Origin: Picochlorum sp. SENEW3
Lineage: Eukaryota
Assembly: GCA_034226945.1 (NCBI GenBank)
Contig: CP120461.1
Coordinates: 310,001 to 374,000, forward strand
Length of the DNA: 64,000 nucleotides
Reading direction: 5' to 3'
This document shows, piece by piece, positions 22,679 through 33,687 of the stretch; position 1 is the first letter of the stretch; each line of letters starts with the position of its first letter. The position numbers and the translations under genes were made by a program. Below the pieces are notes generated by a model, which saw only the letters and a list, made by a program, of their open reading frames with translations, did not search any database and was not told where the DNA came from.

Positions 22679-24067
22679 ATGATGCATTTTACTGCGACAG
22701 CGTCTCAACGCTGTGCTGCGTCACCTTTCGCTCGCAGAGGGCTGTACAGTGACAATGCGCGCCAGAACAGCGGACAGCGTGGAGTTGGGAATATTTCAGA
22801 CACAAATAGATCGAATCGGCACCAGAAGCCATGCTTTGGAGGACAAGTAATGGCGACATTGTCAAAGGGTCATGGAATTGTTGCTGCTGCTGCGACAGAG
22901 CCTGAGGTGAAGGTTAGCCGAGCGAAAAGAAGACCAAATTTCCCATTCAGTAGAATTGCTGGTCAAGAGGATATGAAGCTGGCATTGTTGCTGAATGTTG
23001 TGGATCCTGGAATTGGTGGTGTTCTCATCATGGGTGACCGTGGTTGCGGCAAATCTGTAGCTGTCAGGTCAATTGTGGATTTATTACCTGAGATTGATGT
23101 TGTTCCTGGAGATGATTTCAACTCCAGTCCAACAAGCACGAAATTGATGGGGCCAGATGTGCTGCAGAGGTACTTGGCAGGGGAAACCCTTGCTTCAGAG
23201 ATGGTCAAGACTCCTCTCGTCGAGCTTCCATTGGGTGCTACTGAGGATCGTATTTGCGGAACTATTGATATCGAAAAGGCGTTGAGTGAGGGTATTAAGG
23301 CCTATGAACCAGGTTTGTTGGCTAAAGCAAACAGAGGTATTTTGTATGTTGATGAGGTCAACTTGTTGGATGATGGTCTCGTTGATGTCGTTCTCGACTC
23401 TGCGGCAGGAGGTCAGAATACAGTGGAACGTGAAGGTGTTTCCATTGTTCATCCAGCCAAGTTTATCATGATTGGATCTGGAAATCCTGCAGAAGGAGAA
23501 CTCAGGCCACAATTGCTGGATCGCTTTGGATTGTGTGTCAATGTGTCTACTCTTTTGGATGTGGACGCAAGAACACAGATGACATTGGACAGAATTGCGT
23601 ATGAAAAGGACGCAGACGCCTTTGTGCAAAGCGTCAAGGAAGAGCAAGATGCATTGAGGGAGAAACTTGACAAGGCAAGGGCATTGCTTCCAAAGGTTGA
23701 GATTCCACGGGCCGTGCGATTGAAGATTAGTCAGCTCGGATCCATGGTAGATATTGATGGAATCCGTGGGGATATTGTGTGCAACAGAGCAGCAGCAGCA
23801 TTTGTGGCGTTAGAAGGCCGTAAAAAGGTCACCATGGATGATGTCATCAGAGTTGCATTACTCTGCCTCAACCACAGACTGAGAAAAGATCCTTTGGATC
23901 CTATCGATAACGGTGCCAAGGTTTTCTTGGCTCTCAGAAAAATTGTAAACCCAGAGGAGGCTGCGGAAGAAGAGCGTAGGAAGAAGGCAGAAGAGGCAGC
24001 TGCTGCAGAGAAAGGAGACTCAAAGCGAGCAGGCATGAAAGCTGGGGCCTGGTCAGGACTCCCGTAA
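22679..24067 (+). CDS. CHLI: Magnesium chelatase subunit I (nuclear-encoded, CHLI2-like) with plastid transit peptide
   Basis: FPFSRIAGQ, Walker A GDRGCGKS, LPLGATEDRICGTID, Walker B LYVDEVNLL and HRLRKDPL, plus a charged C-terminal extension. Confidence 0.92.
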   Translation: MMHFTATASQRCAASPFARRGLYSDNARQNSGQRGVGNISDTNRSNRHQKPCFGGQVMATLSKGHGIVAAAATEPEVKVSRAKRRPNFPFSRIAGQEDMKLALLLNVVDPGIGGVLIMGDRGCGKSVAVRSIVDLLPEIDVVPGDDFNSSPTSTKLMGPDVLQRYLAGETLASEMVKTPLVELPLGATEDRICGTIDIEKALSEGIKAYEPGLLAKANRGILYVDEVNLLDDGLVDVVLDSAAGGQNTVEREGVSIVHPAKFIMIGSGNPAEGELRPQLLDRFGLCVNVSTLLDVDARTQMTLDRIAYEKDADAFVQSVKEEQDALREKLDKARALLPKVEIPRAVRLKISQLGSMVDIDGIRGDIVCNRAAAAFVALEGRKKVTMDDVIRVALLCLNHRLRKDPLDPIDNGAKVFLALRKIVNPEEAAEEERRKKAEEAAAAEKGDSKRAGMKAGAWSGLP

Positions 24068-24345
24068 ACCATATCTGAGGCTCAATAAACGTATACTGTT
24101 CTTCATGTAAATGTGTTACACATACACTATATTTGCTTCTAGGGCGCATGTTGCCCCAGATGTGAGTGGCTTTGCAAAGCAATTGCTCAGGGGTGTGAAT
24201 CACCCACCTACATGATCAGCAGCTGAAATGAGCAATCAACATCTTCATTCTTGTAGAAGAGCCACTGATTGATCATTACTTTCAAAATACATAATAGTAG
24301 GATTCTTTAGACGAGGAGAATAATCAAAATCATCGATCAGCAGCC

Positions 24346-24857
24346 ATGAATATGGATCCAAATGCCATGGGAAACATTCCCCCAAAACAACAAGAGGAGC
24401 TCATGAAGGCGATTGATACTATGCAAGTAAGAGATAGGTAAGTATGAATATATAAAATGGATTATAGGGCCGAAATCGGCTTAGGATCACTCCTTGCTCG
24501 ACACTGACATTGACATGGAGAACAGGCTGAAAACCACCGATTGATTTTGCAATCTTAATGCAGTTTGAGAATGTATAATAGTCTGGTAGAGAAATGCTTC
24601 AAGGAATGCGTTGAATCATTCCGCCGCAAGGATTTGGATGGTGGAGAGGAAAGGGTATGTGTCTTGTGTTTCTTCTTCTTCTTTTTGCTCTCGAGTGTAC
24701 ATGATTGAGTCTGCATGCATGATCATGGTGCGTGCAGTGTGTTCAAAATTGCTGCTCCAAGTTTATGAGAGGATCGGCTCGAGTTGGGCAGAGGTTTGGA
24801 GAGCTGTCTGCAGAGGCAGAAAATCAGATGCAGCAATTGATGAAACAGCAAAAATAA
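24346..24857 (+). CDS. TIM9: Mitochondrial small Tim chaperone Tim9; 3 exons
   Basis: Exons 24346-24437, 24564-24654 and 24738-24857 (GT-AG introns) give MNMDPNAM...MQVRDSLRMYNSLVEKCFKECVESFRRKDLDGGEERCVQNCCSKFMRGSARVGQRFGE..., with a twin CX3C motif. Absent from the ORF track. Confidence 0.92.
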
Positions 24858-24885
24858 AATTACACGTGTATCTTTTAGCATATAT

Positions 24886-26751
24886 TCATTGTAAGCCATC
24901 ACTGGCAGATGATGGGCCATCATCATTATCAACATCCATGCGAATAGGAGATATCGGGCCCTGATGGTTCACCAGGTCGTCCTGTAATGAGGGGTATGGC
25001 ACATATGAGAAGGTGGACCTCCCGCGCTTGTTTGCATTGCCTATTTCTTCATTCTCTTCCTCTCCGCCCTGGATATTATACGATTCCGCAATATTAATCA
25101 GTTCAATAAAGCAGCTGTGTATTTTTGAATGAGCGTGTGAGGTCAGGACACTGTCGATAAGGCTATTCTTGTCCAGGGTCGTGCCATCACTTGCATGTTG
25201 CTTCAGGCACTGCTTTGCCTGCAGAGTCAAATACTTGATACAATGATGTCTGAAATGAAAGAGCCCGTGAAAGACCACGAGACGGTGTCCACAAATAGAT
25301 CCGACGTAAAATATCGTTGTTGGACTCATCATCTGGTTGGTTGATGACTCTTGCATTATCCATCTTCTGTTTCTCTGATACACTGGCGATGCCAGGGCAT
25401 ACTTTTGACTCAGCATCATATCGGCGTCTCTCTCTCCAACCATCAGGCCATCATCTTCGATTTTTCCCTCGAATCGAATGAGCTTGTGCCCGTTGAATTT
25501 GCGACACGCCGAGCATTCATACCCATCACCAGGCTCTTGTATCCCGTCCTCAACACATGATTCTATGTGGACAATCTCATGCTGCTCCACTGCTTCCAAA
25601 AGATATGGATCGCATTTCCTCCATATCTCCGAATGCACGGCATCCTGAGCATGCAAGATCATATATTCTATTTTTCGAATAGCTGCAGAGTACAGCGACG
25701 CGTGCGATTCGCTCTCCTTGACAGTTTGCTCATAGGATGGATCCACCGAACAAATAAACAGGTATTCAATGTATGCTTCCAAATACTCTCGTTCTGTCAA
25801 TTTATGAATACCCAACTTTTGAACCTCTATTTCCCACGCTTGTGGTGCACGTGCTTTCCTATTATCAAGAGATGATGGAGAAGAATATTCCTCATCTGTT
25901 GTCCCTGGGTCCCCTTCATCTGTCAAGAGGCAAACCACCTCATCCCCGCTCGGTCGCGGTGATAACGACGATGATGACACGTCGTCTCTCGACACTGAAC
26001 ACTCATCGTCCTCCAATATCTCATCTTGAGCTTTCCGTATCCGATCGATAGGACTCATTCGCTGCTTGTCCTTTGCACGCCGCAACGGAGTCCTTCTCCT
26101 TCCATGCCCCAACACCTTTTTTCTGCCTCCTTGTTTTCCACCATCACATGGCGTCAGCACGACATCATCATCTTCACTCTCACTATCTTTATTCGCTATT
26201 CTTTCATCATCCTTTTCGGATGATGATGAGTCTACCAAGATGCTCTTTCTCTTGCGACTGCTCCTCCTTCTCTCTGGAGTAGACTCTCTGGAATTGTTGC
26301 TGTCCTCCTCTTTGTTGTCATTTGAATGTGATTGAGAAGAAGAAGACGTTGCTATGAAATCGTCCAACCCACTGGACACACTCATATCATCACCTTTATC
26401 ATTCGTATAATATTGGCTTTGGTATCGAACAAGCCCCTGTCCTTCCTTGGTTGCACGTCCAGTAGTCCCTCTGAGAAAAACCCTTTTCTTCTTGTTCTTT
26501 TTGCAAGAATCCTCCCCTTCAAAAGAAGAAGAAGAAGAAGAAACGTCAGAATCCAGAATGACGTGGGCACCACCACCACCCATCCTCGCAGCCTGTCGTG
26601 CCTTGCGCTCACCCACCTTCCTCTCCCTCACCAAGCACTCCAACGCATCTCGCCGGGTCAAATATCTACTCGTATGATTTTTTCCTACACTTGAATCAGA
26701 GAAGGAATCGTCCAAATCAGCATCCTCCGCATCACGACGTTGAACAGACAT
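24886..26751 (-). CDS. DUF4211 (CCDC82-like) protein with acidic/basic low-complexity N-terminus
   Basis: C-terminal CSAC...VGSICGHRLVVFHGLFHF pattern, with S/D/K-rich disordered N-terminus and NLS-like motifs. Confidence 0.65.
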   Translation of the reverse strand: MSVQRRDAEDADLDDSFSDSSVGKNHTSRYLTRRDALECLVRERKVGERKARQAARMGGGGAHVILDSDVSSSSSSFEGEDSCKKNKKKRVFLRGTTGRATKEGQGLVRYQSQYYTNDKGDDMSVSSGLDDFIATSSSSQSHSNDNKEEDSNNSRESTPERRRSSRKRKSILVDSSSSEKDDERIANKDSESEDDDVVLTPCDGGKQGGRKKVLGHGRRRTPLRRAKDKQRMSPIDRIRKAQDEILEDDECSVSRDDVSSSSLSPRPSGDEVVCLLTDEGDPGTTDEEYSSPSSLDNRKARAPQAWEIEVQKLGIHKLTEREYLEAYIEYLFICSVDPSYEQTVKESESHASLYSAAIRKIEYMILHAQDAVHSEIWRKCDPYLLEAVEQHEIVHIESCVEDGIQEPGDGYECSACRKFNGHKLIRFEGKIEDDGLMVGERDADMMLSQKYALASPVYQRNRRWIMQESSTNQMMSPTTIFYVGSICGHRLVVFHGLFHFRHHCIKYLTLQAKQCLKQHASDGTTLDKNSLIDSVLTSHAHSKIHSCFIELINIAESYNIQGGEEENEEIGNANKRGRSTFSYVPYPSLQDDLVNHQGPISPIRMDVDNDDGPSSASDGLQ

Positions 26752-27035
26752 GGCATGTCCTCAGACCCTCGTGGTATTCAAATTTCTCATCAACATGGAC
26801 GTGGATGCTAGATACATACAAATTATCTTTTACTACTAGTAAAACATGCGAAGAAAGAAGAATTCGAATGCAAACAAAAGACCCATTTAATTAATTAATT
26901 AAATGGTACAAATTTGTATTTTTTTCAGTCAATTGCTTGCTTGCTGAAAACTCCGTCGTGAGTTTCAAGAGTAGCATAGTACCATCAAAAAAACCAATGA
27001 ATAATATTACATTTGTATCTATGATATATGAATCA

Positions 27036-27646
27036 TCACTTTCTTTCACTTCGTAATCCACCAATCGGTGTGCCTCCAGGCAGTCTCTTGACTTCAAAAT
27101 TATTGCCATACCCCTGAAACCTTTTTGGCCGTGTCTTCTTCACAGGAGTTGCCTCCTCGACAACATACTCTATCCCATTCTTATCACAATACGCAATCGC
27201 ATCCTCTTTTGTATAGAATTGAAGCTGTCGTGTGACCGTCTCTATCGCATCTGCCGTGGATGTCCACCCCAACAAGGGGTTGGCCCACTTGGGCTCGACT
27301 TCCAAAACAAGTCTCCAGGCTGGTGCACCACCTGCGCCACAACGCATGTCGCAAGCATGAGAGAGAATTTCAACATCAATAGATAATGGTAAAGAATCGT
27401 ACCTTGGAGAGTCTGTGCTGAACCTGACTGCATTGGAGTCTTTGGAGGGGCGTGAATCGTCACTGTTCGACCTGGTCTGATTGGTGGCATGCCAGAGGCT
27501 GCCACGTAATCTGTCACATGAGAATCAGATGAATATAGATGGTTGCTGCAGCGAGCGGTTGTTGAGGCGGACCCTTGTACCCCAGAGGGAATCGCCTGGC
27601 GCAACGTAGACGCTAGGGATACCAGAGATCGTCGATGATGACTCAT
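27036..27646 (-). CDS. NDUFS4: Complex I 18-kDa subunit NDUFS4; 2 exons
   Basis: KTPMQSG, then intron 27332-27402, then KWANPLLGWTSTAD...F.TKEDAIAYCDKNG...YGNNF. Confidence 0.92.
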
Positions 27647-30600
27647 ACTAGTAATAATACCTATTTATTGGTTTTAATATAGGTAAAACTTACTCATAAT
27701 AGGGCGGGGTGTGTGTGATATAAAAGGAAATGTTGGTATCGATGGGGTTTTTAATGGTTTTTTTAAGACGAGATTGATTGAATTCGCTCATGACCTTGAG
27801 CTTCCTTTTATTTCCAACAAAGGGCTGAGCAGCAGCACATTGTGCTGTTACCACACGTTCACTGATTGATGGTTAGAAGAATATTAGAACCTGTAGATAC
27901 AGTACAGTGCCCTTTGTTTTTTTCTGTGTGAATCGTGCTGCTCATATCCATCCTGCATAGGTTAGTACGCAATGATGTAAGCCTCATGATTAGGCGAAAA
28001 GCTTCATGGAGAGGAGCGGCTCTGCCATGCCCATGGAGACACCCTGTCAAAGTTGTTCTGTGCCAATATGAAAGGGAAGCCTTCTCATCCCATGGTTGAA
28101 GGATGACAAGGGGCAAATTGGCACCTTGTATAGTATATATGTAGTCGGTCATCAGACAAATGCCTCGATTGTCGCTCACGACAGTGCATCGTGATGCACA
28201 GCAAAACGCTGTGCAAAGACGCGTCAGTCTCGTCATCTAGTTGGACATCAACTGACCTTACTACTATGAGATGTGTTAGGCTAGGGATCAGCTCTACTGG
28301 CATTGTTGAGTAAAATGTACAGCAATGGTTGAATTCAGCGTCGATCATTCGGGGAAAGTGTCCTCATCTCCCATTATAGCCTTAGTAGTAATATATGCAC
28401 ATGTTTGATCTATTGTGGAGGATGCGTACCTTCAAGTATGTATGTGTGTGTATTTATATATAGTATTCCGATTGAGGCATGGTGCCGTAGACCATGGAAT
28501 GCATGGTTGCACATAGCAGCAGCGAGGAGTGGTGTCTGCAGGGAACAAATTAATGTATCAGAGCTCAATTCGCAATGCGTCATGATGCGTGGTCAGATTG
28601 CGACTCAACGTCTGGCATGAATATGTGCCAGTCATGGTGACAAAGGCCCATCTTCTTCTTGCATCATGGAAAAGAGACAGAATACTAGCGGGTTGACTGG
28701 CACCTGGCAAGGTATTCAACCTGTGTTTTTTTTTCCTCGCTGATGATGTACTTGGTAGTCCAGACATACCTTGGAAAAACTGTTCATCCCCAATCGTGAT
28801 ATATACATGTATATATCGACTGCACATATGAAAGAGATATAGTTGCATCAGATGCACATTTCGAATGCAGCATGCAAAGGGTGTTTGACAGTAATACACT
28901 ATCAAGGCCTCAGGAGCGTAAGCGTTGTCCTCACATACAATCAGACGGTAATTCCAGTCTAAAATTGTTTCATCAATGGCCTTGATGTGTACAGTTGCTA
29001 CTACAAGACTCAGTACTTCTTAGAGGGTTTGTCGTTCCCCAAGGAGACACAAGTGTCCCCATTCGGTGGATTGACAGATAATAAGGAATCATCAGGGTCT
29101 TGTTTCTGTTTTCAAGCTCTCAGGGACCCAGTTGACAATCACTCAGGTCAGACGGCACTTCCTAATGTGAAGGGTAGATTCCTCATCGAGCACACATCAA
29201 CATGAAGAAAGAAACAGTACATCACTTCATACAAGGTATAGGATACTACGCGCACCTCGTCAAGACATGGATACAAACCAATGTATGATGGGAAAAACAT
29301 TCTGGTCAATCCTGTACAACAAATATATATTATTGAGGATTATCATGATGCATGTCGGCTGTCGTTTTCGGCACCGTGGACAAGTATAAGGAACTTTAAA
29401 CGGCTTCCTACGCGCCGGACTTTAATCTCAGCAATCTTTGGACAGCGAATGAGAAGTCATTGCTCAAAGAGCTACCAATGCCGTGGCAAGACTGCTGCTT
29501 CTATGGCATATATATATAATACGTACCGTGTAATACTGAAATAGTCATATCATGGTGCTGTATTCAGCATTCAGTGAGAATAAATTTGTATGGTTGCCTG
29601 AATATGAGCAAAAAAACACGACATGCGTCAGCAAACTGTGATGTGTAAGAGCAATTTTTTGACACGATGAAGTCAGTAATGAGACCCACACCGCAACACA
29701 TATACTCTGCATTCATATCGCATACAACAATGGGACATGCAAGGAATTGCATCTCCCAGCTGTCCGGGGTATCGTGTATGCAGAAAATACTCACAAGCAC
29801 CAACACACACACACCTTTCCATGGTTGTTGATATTCATACATAAGCATGAAAAACAATATCTGCATCACACAGATATGAAGCCCTCGTGAGATGTATCAC
29901 AAGATGAGCGTGTACCAGCGAGACAGGTCAGCACAAGATGAGAGGATATGACACGCAAGCACTGGTTTTGGTCTGGCGTCACTATTATTGCCATCTCCAA
30001 CATGTCCAAAACCCGTGAGTATCGCAGTATCAGACACTATCCAAAGCATGTTGATGGCTAGGAGCAACATGATGGTACAGCAAAAAGCATACCTTATATT
30101 GGTACCACCCCTTTTGTGGGTGGTTCCCACATGTTTATGTATTGAGAACAATGAATCTGAGTATATAAATCTCACTACACAGCAAAATCATATATACATA
30201 TGAGATGATGCCCAACAAAGAGTGCCCATTCGAAGGAATATGTACCATTCACATGCATGGTTCTGGAACATGCCCACAGAATCACAGCATATGAACGTCG
30301 TCTGAATATCGTTCAGCCAGCATTGCTCTTGCCTCCTTTTCATACCGAGAAGAACGATGAGAATTGCGGACTAATGGTTCAGAGAGGGGCACCAATGAGA
30401 TCATTGCAATACTACTTAAAAAAAACAGGGGCGGGGCGGCCATCAATGAGGCCAAGAAGCAATGCTCCATCCAACACACACACTTTGCCAGCTCAGGGAT
30501 GCCACTCATCGATTCCATCGGCAGGGTTTTGTCCTCACCTGATGACAACGCCATCATCAGTAGAGGGAGCCCAAAATCTCCTCACAGCTGACATCCCTTA

Positions 30601-31487
30601 CACCTCAAGCACGCCCTCGGCCTCCGCCACCCACGCCAGGCCACCCAACCCAAACCAGCATATTCTGCTCCGCAGACACATACCTGTTCAAATTTGGGGT
30701 ATTTTACATATATATCATGGAAGAAAATTGCTGTACATGGTATTTCTGGGGAGTAAATAGGACAGAGAGGCAGTTTCAGGCATGCAGCAGGATGCTGGTT
30801 GCCACAATATGCCAGCTTTATCCCTGCTGCAATAATTGATACTACATATGGAATAACATGGTATATAGTATGCTGTGATCAGAGCAGATCGGAGCCTTTT
30901 AATGAAGCTTTCTCATGGGGCTGCATCCCGGTCTGGATCAAGTGCCACGGCGACCGCAACATCAATGTCCTCATCGACATCTGCGGCTTCCTCTTCAGTA
31001 TCTGTATCGGTTACTAGAGGTAGGGAACAGACCACAGAAACGACAACATCGGTAGGCATTGATGGTCTCAATGAGAGATCAACAGCCAGAGACCGTAGTG
31101 TGATCATGAGGTAGCGCGCGTCCTGAGCCCTTTTTCGAGGGCCGGTAATAGGCTTCCAAACTTTTTCACGATGTCGCTCCCTCGGCTCCCCTGGCGCGTA
31201 TTAAATTCCCTCGCCCCCCTAAATCAATGTAATATTGTATTAAAGTGTCATTCGAGTCGCTGGATCGTAAAAATGGTTTACCTTGGCATGGGGGCGTGAC
31301 CCATATTTTTATATGTCATTTTACGAAATCTTGCCCTGATTGATTCTCATAATCCAAATAAAGCTGATTGATAACCATCCGATGCACTCTTGACATTGAT
31401 TCATATTGATTCATCACTGTGACTGTAGCACAGGACCCATCATCAATCCCTGATTTCGTACACAGGATACACTGACACGAGCCCTCC

Positions 31488-33330
31488 ATGGAACATCCGC
31501 CAGACGCCGAGATGGAGAAGTTGGAGCTCGATGCGCAGAGAAAAGCGGCGAAAGAAGCTAAGAAAAGAGCCAAGGAGGAAAAGGCGAAGCAAAAGGCTGA
31601 AAAGGCAAAGCAGGGTGCGTTGAATTTGTCGATTCTTCTGAACAGGTGTCTCAGAGTGCGGCCCAAGACGATGCTGTGTCCTCATTGTCTCATATGGGTG
31701 TCATTTATGGTTCTATGATATGACAGTGTGTGATTTTAATAGCACATTGGTGTCTATACTCCTTCGCCACGCATTGTTCGTCGAAGACCTTTGCTGGAGG
31801 CTGCTGCACTCCTCATCTCATGATGATACTGTTGATGCAGATGCCAAGGGTGTGACCAAGCTCGGACTTCATGCGAAAAAGAACGAGGACTTTGGTGAGT
31901 GGTACTCTCAATTGGTAGTCGAGTCTGAAATGATTAGTTATTATGAAGTGTCTGGGTGCTACATCTTGAGGCCATGGTCCTTTGCTATTTGGGATGAGAT
32001 TCAGCGATGGTTCGATAATGAAATCAGAAAGATGGGGGTTCAGAATGCGTATTTCCCATTATTTGTTACAGAGGATGCGCTCATGAAGGAAAAGGACCAT
32101 GTAGAAGGCTTTGCCCCAGAGGTTGCTTGGGTCACCAAGAGTGGTTCATCTGATATGGAGAGGCCTGTTGCAATCAGGCCGACGTCGGAGACTGTCATGT
32201 ACCCTCAATTCGCTCAATGGATTCGTTCTCATAGAGATCTTCCGTTGAGATTGAATCAGTGGACAAATGTTGTTCGATGGGAGTTCAAACACCCAACACC
32301 ATTTATTCGATCGAGAGAGTTCTTGTGGCAGGAGGGACATACTGCGTTTGCTTCAAAGGAGGAAGCTGACGATGAAGTGTTGTCTATTTTGGAATTATAT
32401 AAACGCGTGTATGAAGAGCTCCTTGCTGTACCGGTATGCAAAGGGAGGAAGAGTTCAAAGGAAAAGTTTGCAGGAGCAAATTACACAACGTCAGTAGAGG
32501 CATTCGTTCCAGCCACAGGTAGGGGAGTACAGGGCGCTACGTCCCATCATTTGGGACAGAATTTTTCTAAAATGTTTGATATCGAATACGAGACAGAAGC
32601 CGGGGGAGAAAAAGCTCGCCCTTGGCAGAATTCATGGGGCATGAGTACCAGGGTGATTGGTGTCATGGTCATGGTGCATGGTGATGATGCAGGGCTGGTG
32701 CTTCCACCACGTGTTGCGCATATTCAAGCCGTTATTATTCCTATTCAAAACAAGAAAATGACGGATGAAGCAGTACATCTCATGACAGATAAAGTTCATG
32801 CCCTGTGCGCAGAGTTGCAGGCAGCAGGTGTGCGTGCCACAACAGACTGTCGTGAGAATTATACACCTGGCTGGAAGTATAATCATTGGGAACTTAAAGG
32901 AGTACCTTTACGTATAGAACTCGGACCAAGAGATATGGAAAACAGCACTGTGATGTTTGCAAGGAGAGATACAAAGGAAAAGTCCACTGTTGCATGGGCA
33001 GACGTGGGTACAGCTGCGCCTGCCATGCTCGACCGAATCCAAAAGGAGATGCTTGAAAGAGCTAGAAAGCAGTTTGATGAGTGCACAGAAATGGCGACAA
33101 ACTGGGACGATTTCATGGCGGCACTCGATCGGAAGCACATGTGCCTGGCACCATGGGCAGATGAGGAGAGCATTGAAGAAGGGGTCAGGAAGAAGAGTGC
33201 CACGGACGATATGATGGGTGCCAAGACACTCAATATTCCTTTCGATCAACCAGATCTTCCAGAAGGCACCCCATGCTTCTTTTCTGGCAAGCCAGCCAAG
33301 AATTGGGCATTGTGGGGTCGCAGTTACTAG
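31488..33330 (+). CDS. PRORS: Prolyl-tRNA synthetase, eukaryote/archaeal type; 2 exons
   Basis: Lys-rich exon 1 (31488-31614), intron 31615-31840, then AIRPTSET, FIRSREFLWQEGHT, QGATSHHLGQNF and C-terminal GRSY. Confidence 0.95.
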
Positions 33331-33501
33331 GTGAGAAAGATTCCCTCGCGAGGGAATCGACTGATCGGTCGCTACCGACCCCCAATGGTTGAGAGCCACG
33401 AATGTCCTCACCGACCGTGTTGGGGACATCTCGGGGTCGGACTGGCGTAGCGTAATCTGAGAGACACCATATCGTACTTGCGGATTCTGGCACACATGTA
33501 G
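33331..33501 (+). other. Structured element; candidate 3'-UTR intron of ProRS
   Basis: TAG|GTGAGA donor-like site at the stop codon and TGTAG acceptor-like site at 33501. Contains a 20-bp palindrome (33339-33358) and nested stems. Confidence 0.45.
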
Positions 33502-33687
33502 ATCATTCGTTATTCAATTAGTTTTCAAGAATTTATTCGACCGCATTTGACACGTTCCAAAGTGTTTGCACGTGTTCACTGTCGTCGTAGCAACTTTTTG
33601 CAATACGCCACTCGGGCGCGAGGTCTTTGACGAGTGTTGCTGTATTTGCGTATTTCCACACATCAAGTGCAATCTTTCAGTCATAAA

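Noticed and set aside
24438..24563. Intronic C/D snoRNA in TIM9 intron 1 (two CTGA boxes)
   Set aside because: No canonical box C and no rRNA-complementary guide that I could verify.
31277..31305. U1 snRNA-like start (TTACCTTGG)
   Set aside because: The match is short and imperfect, with no downstream U1 stem-loops or Sm site.
33433..33501. TPP riboswitch (GGGGT...CTGAGA...ACC resemblance)
   Set aside because: It lacks the ACCTGA and TAATGC...GCGTAGGGA core, and a thiamine link to ProRS is implausible.
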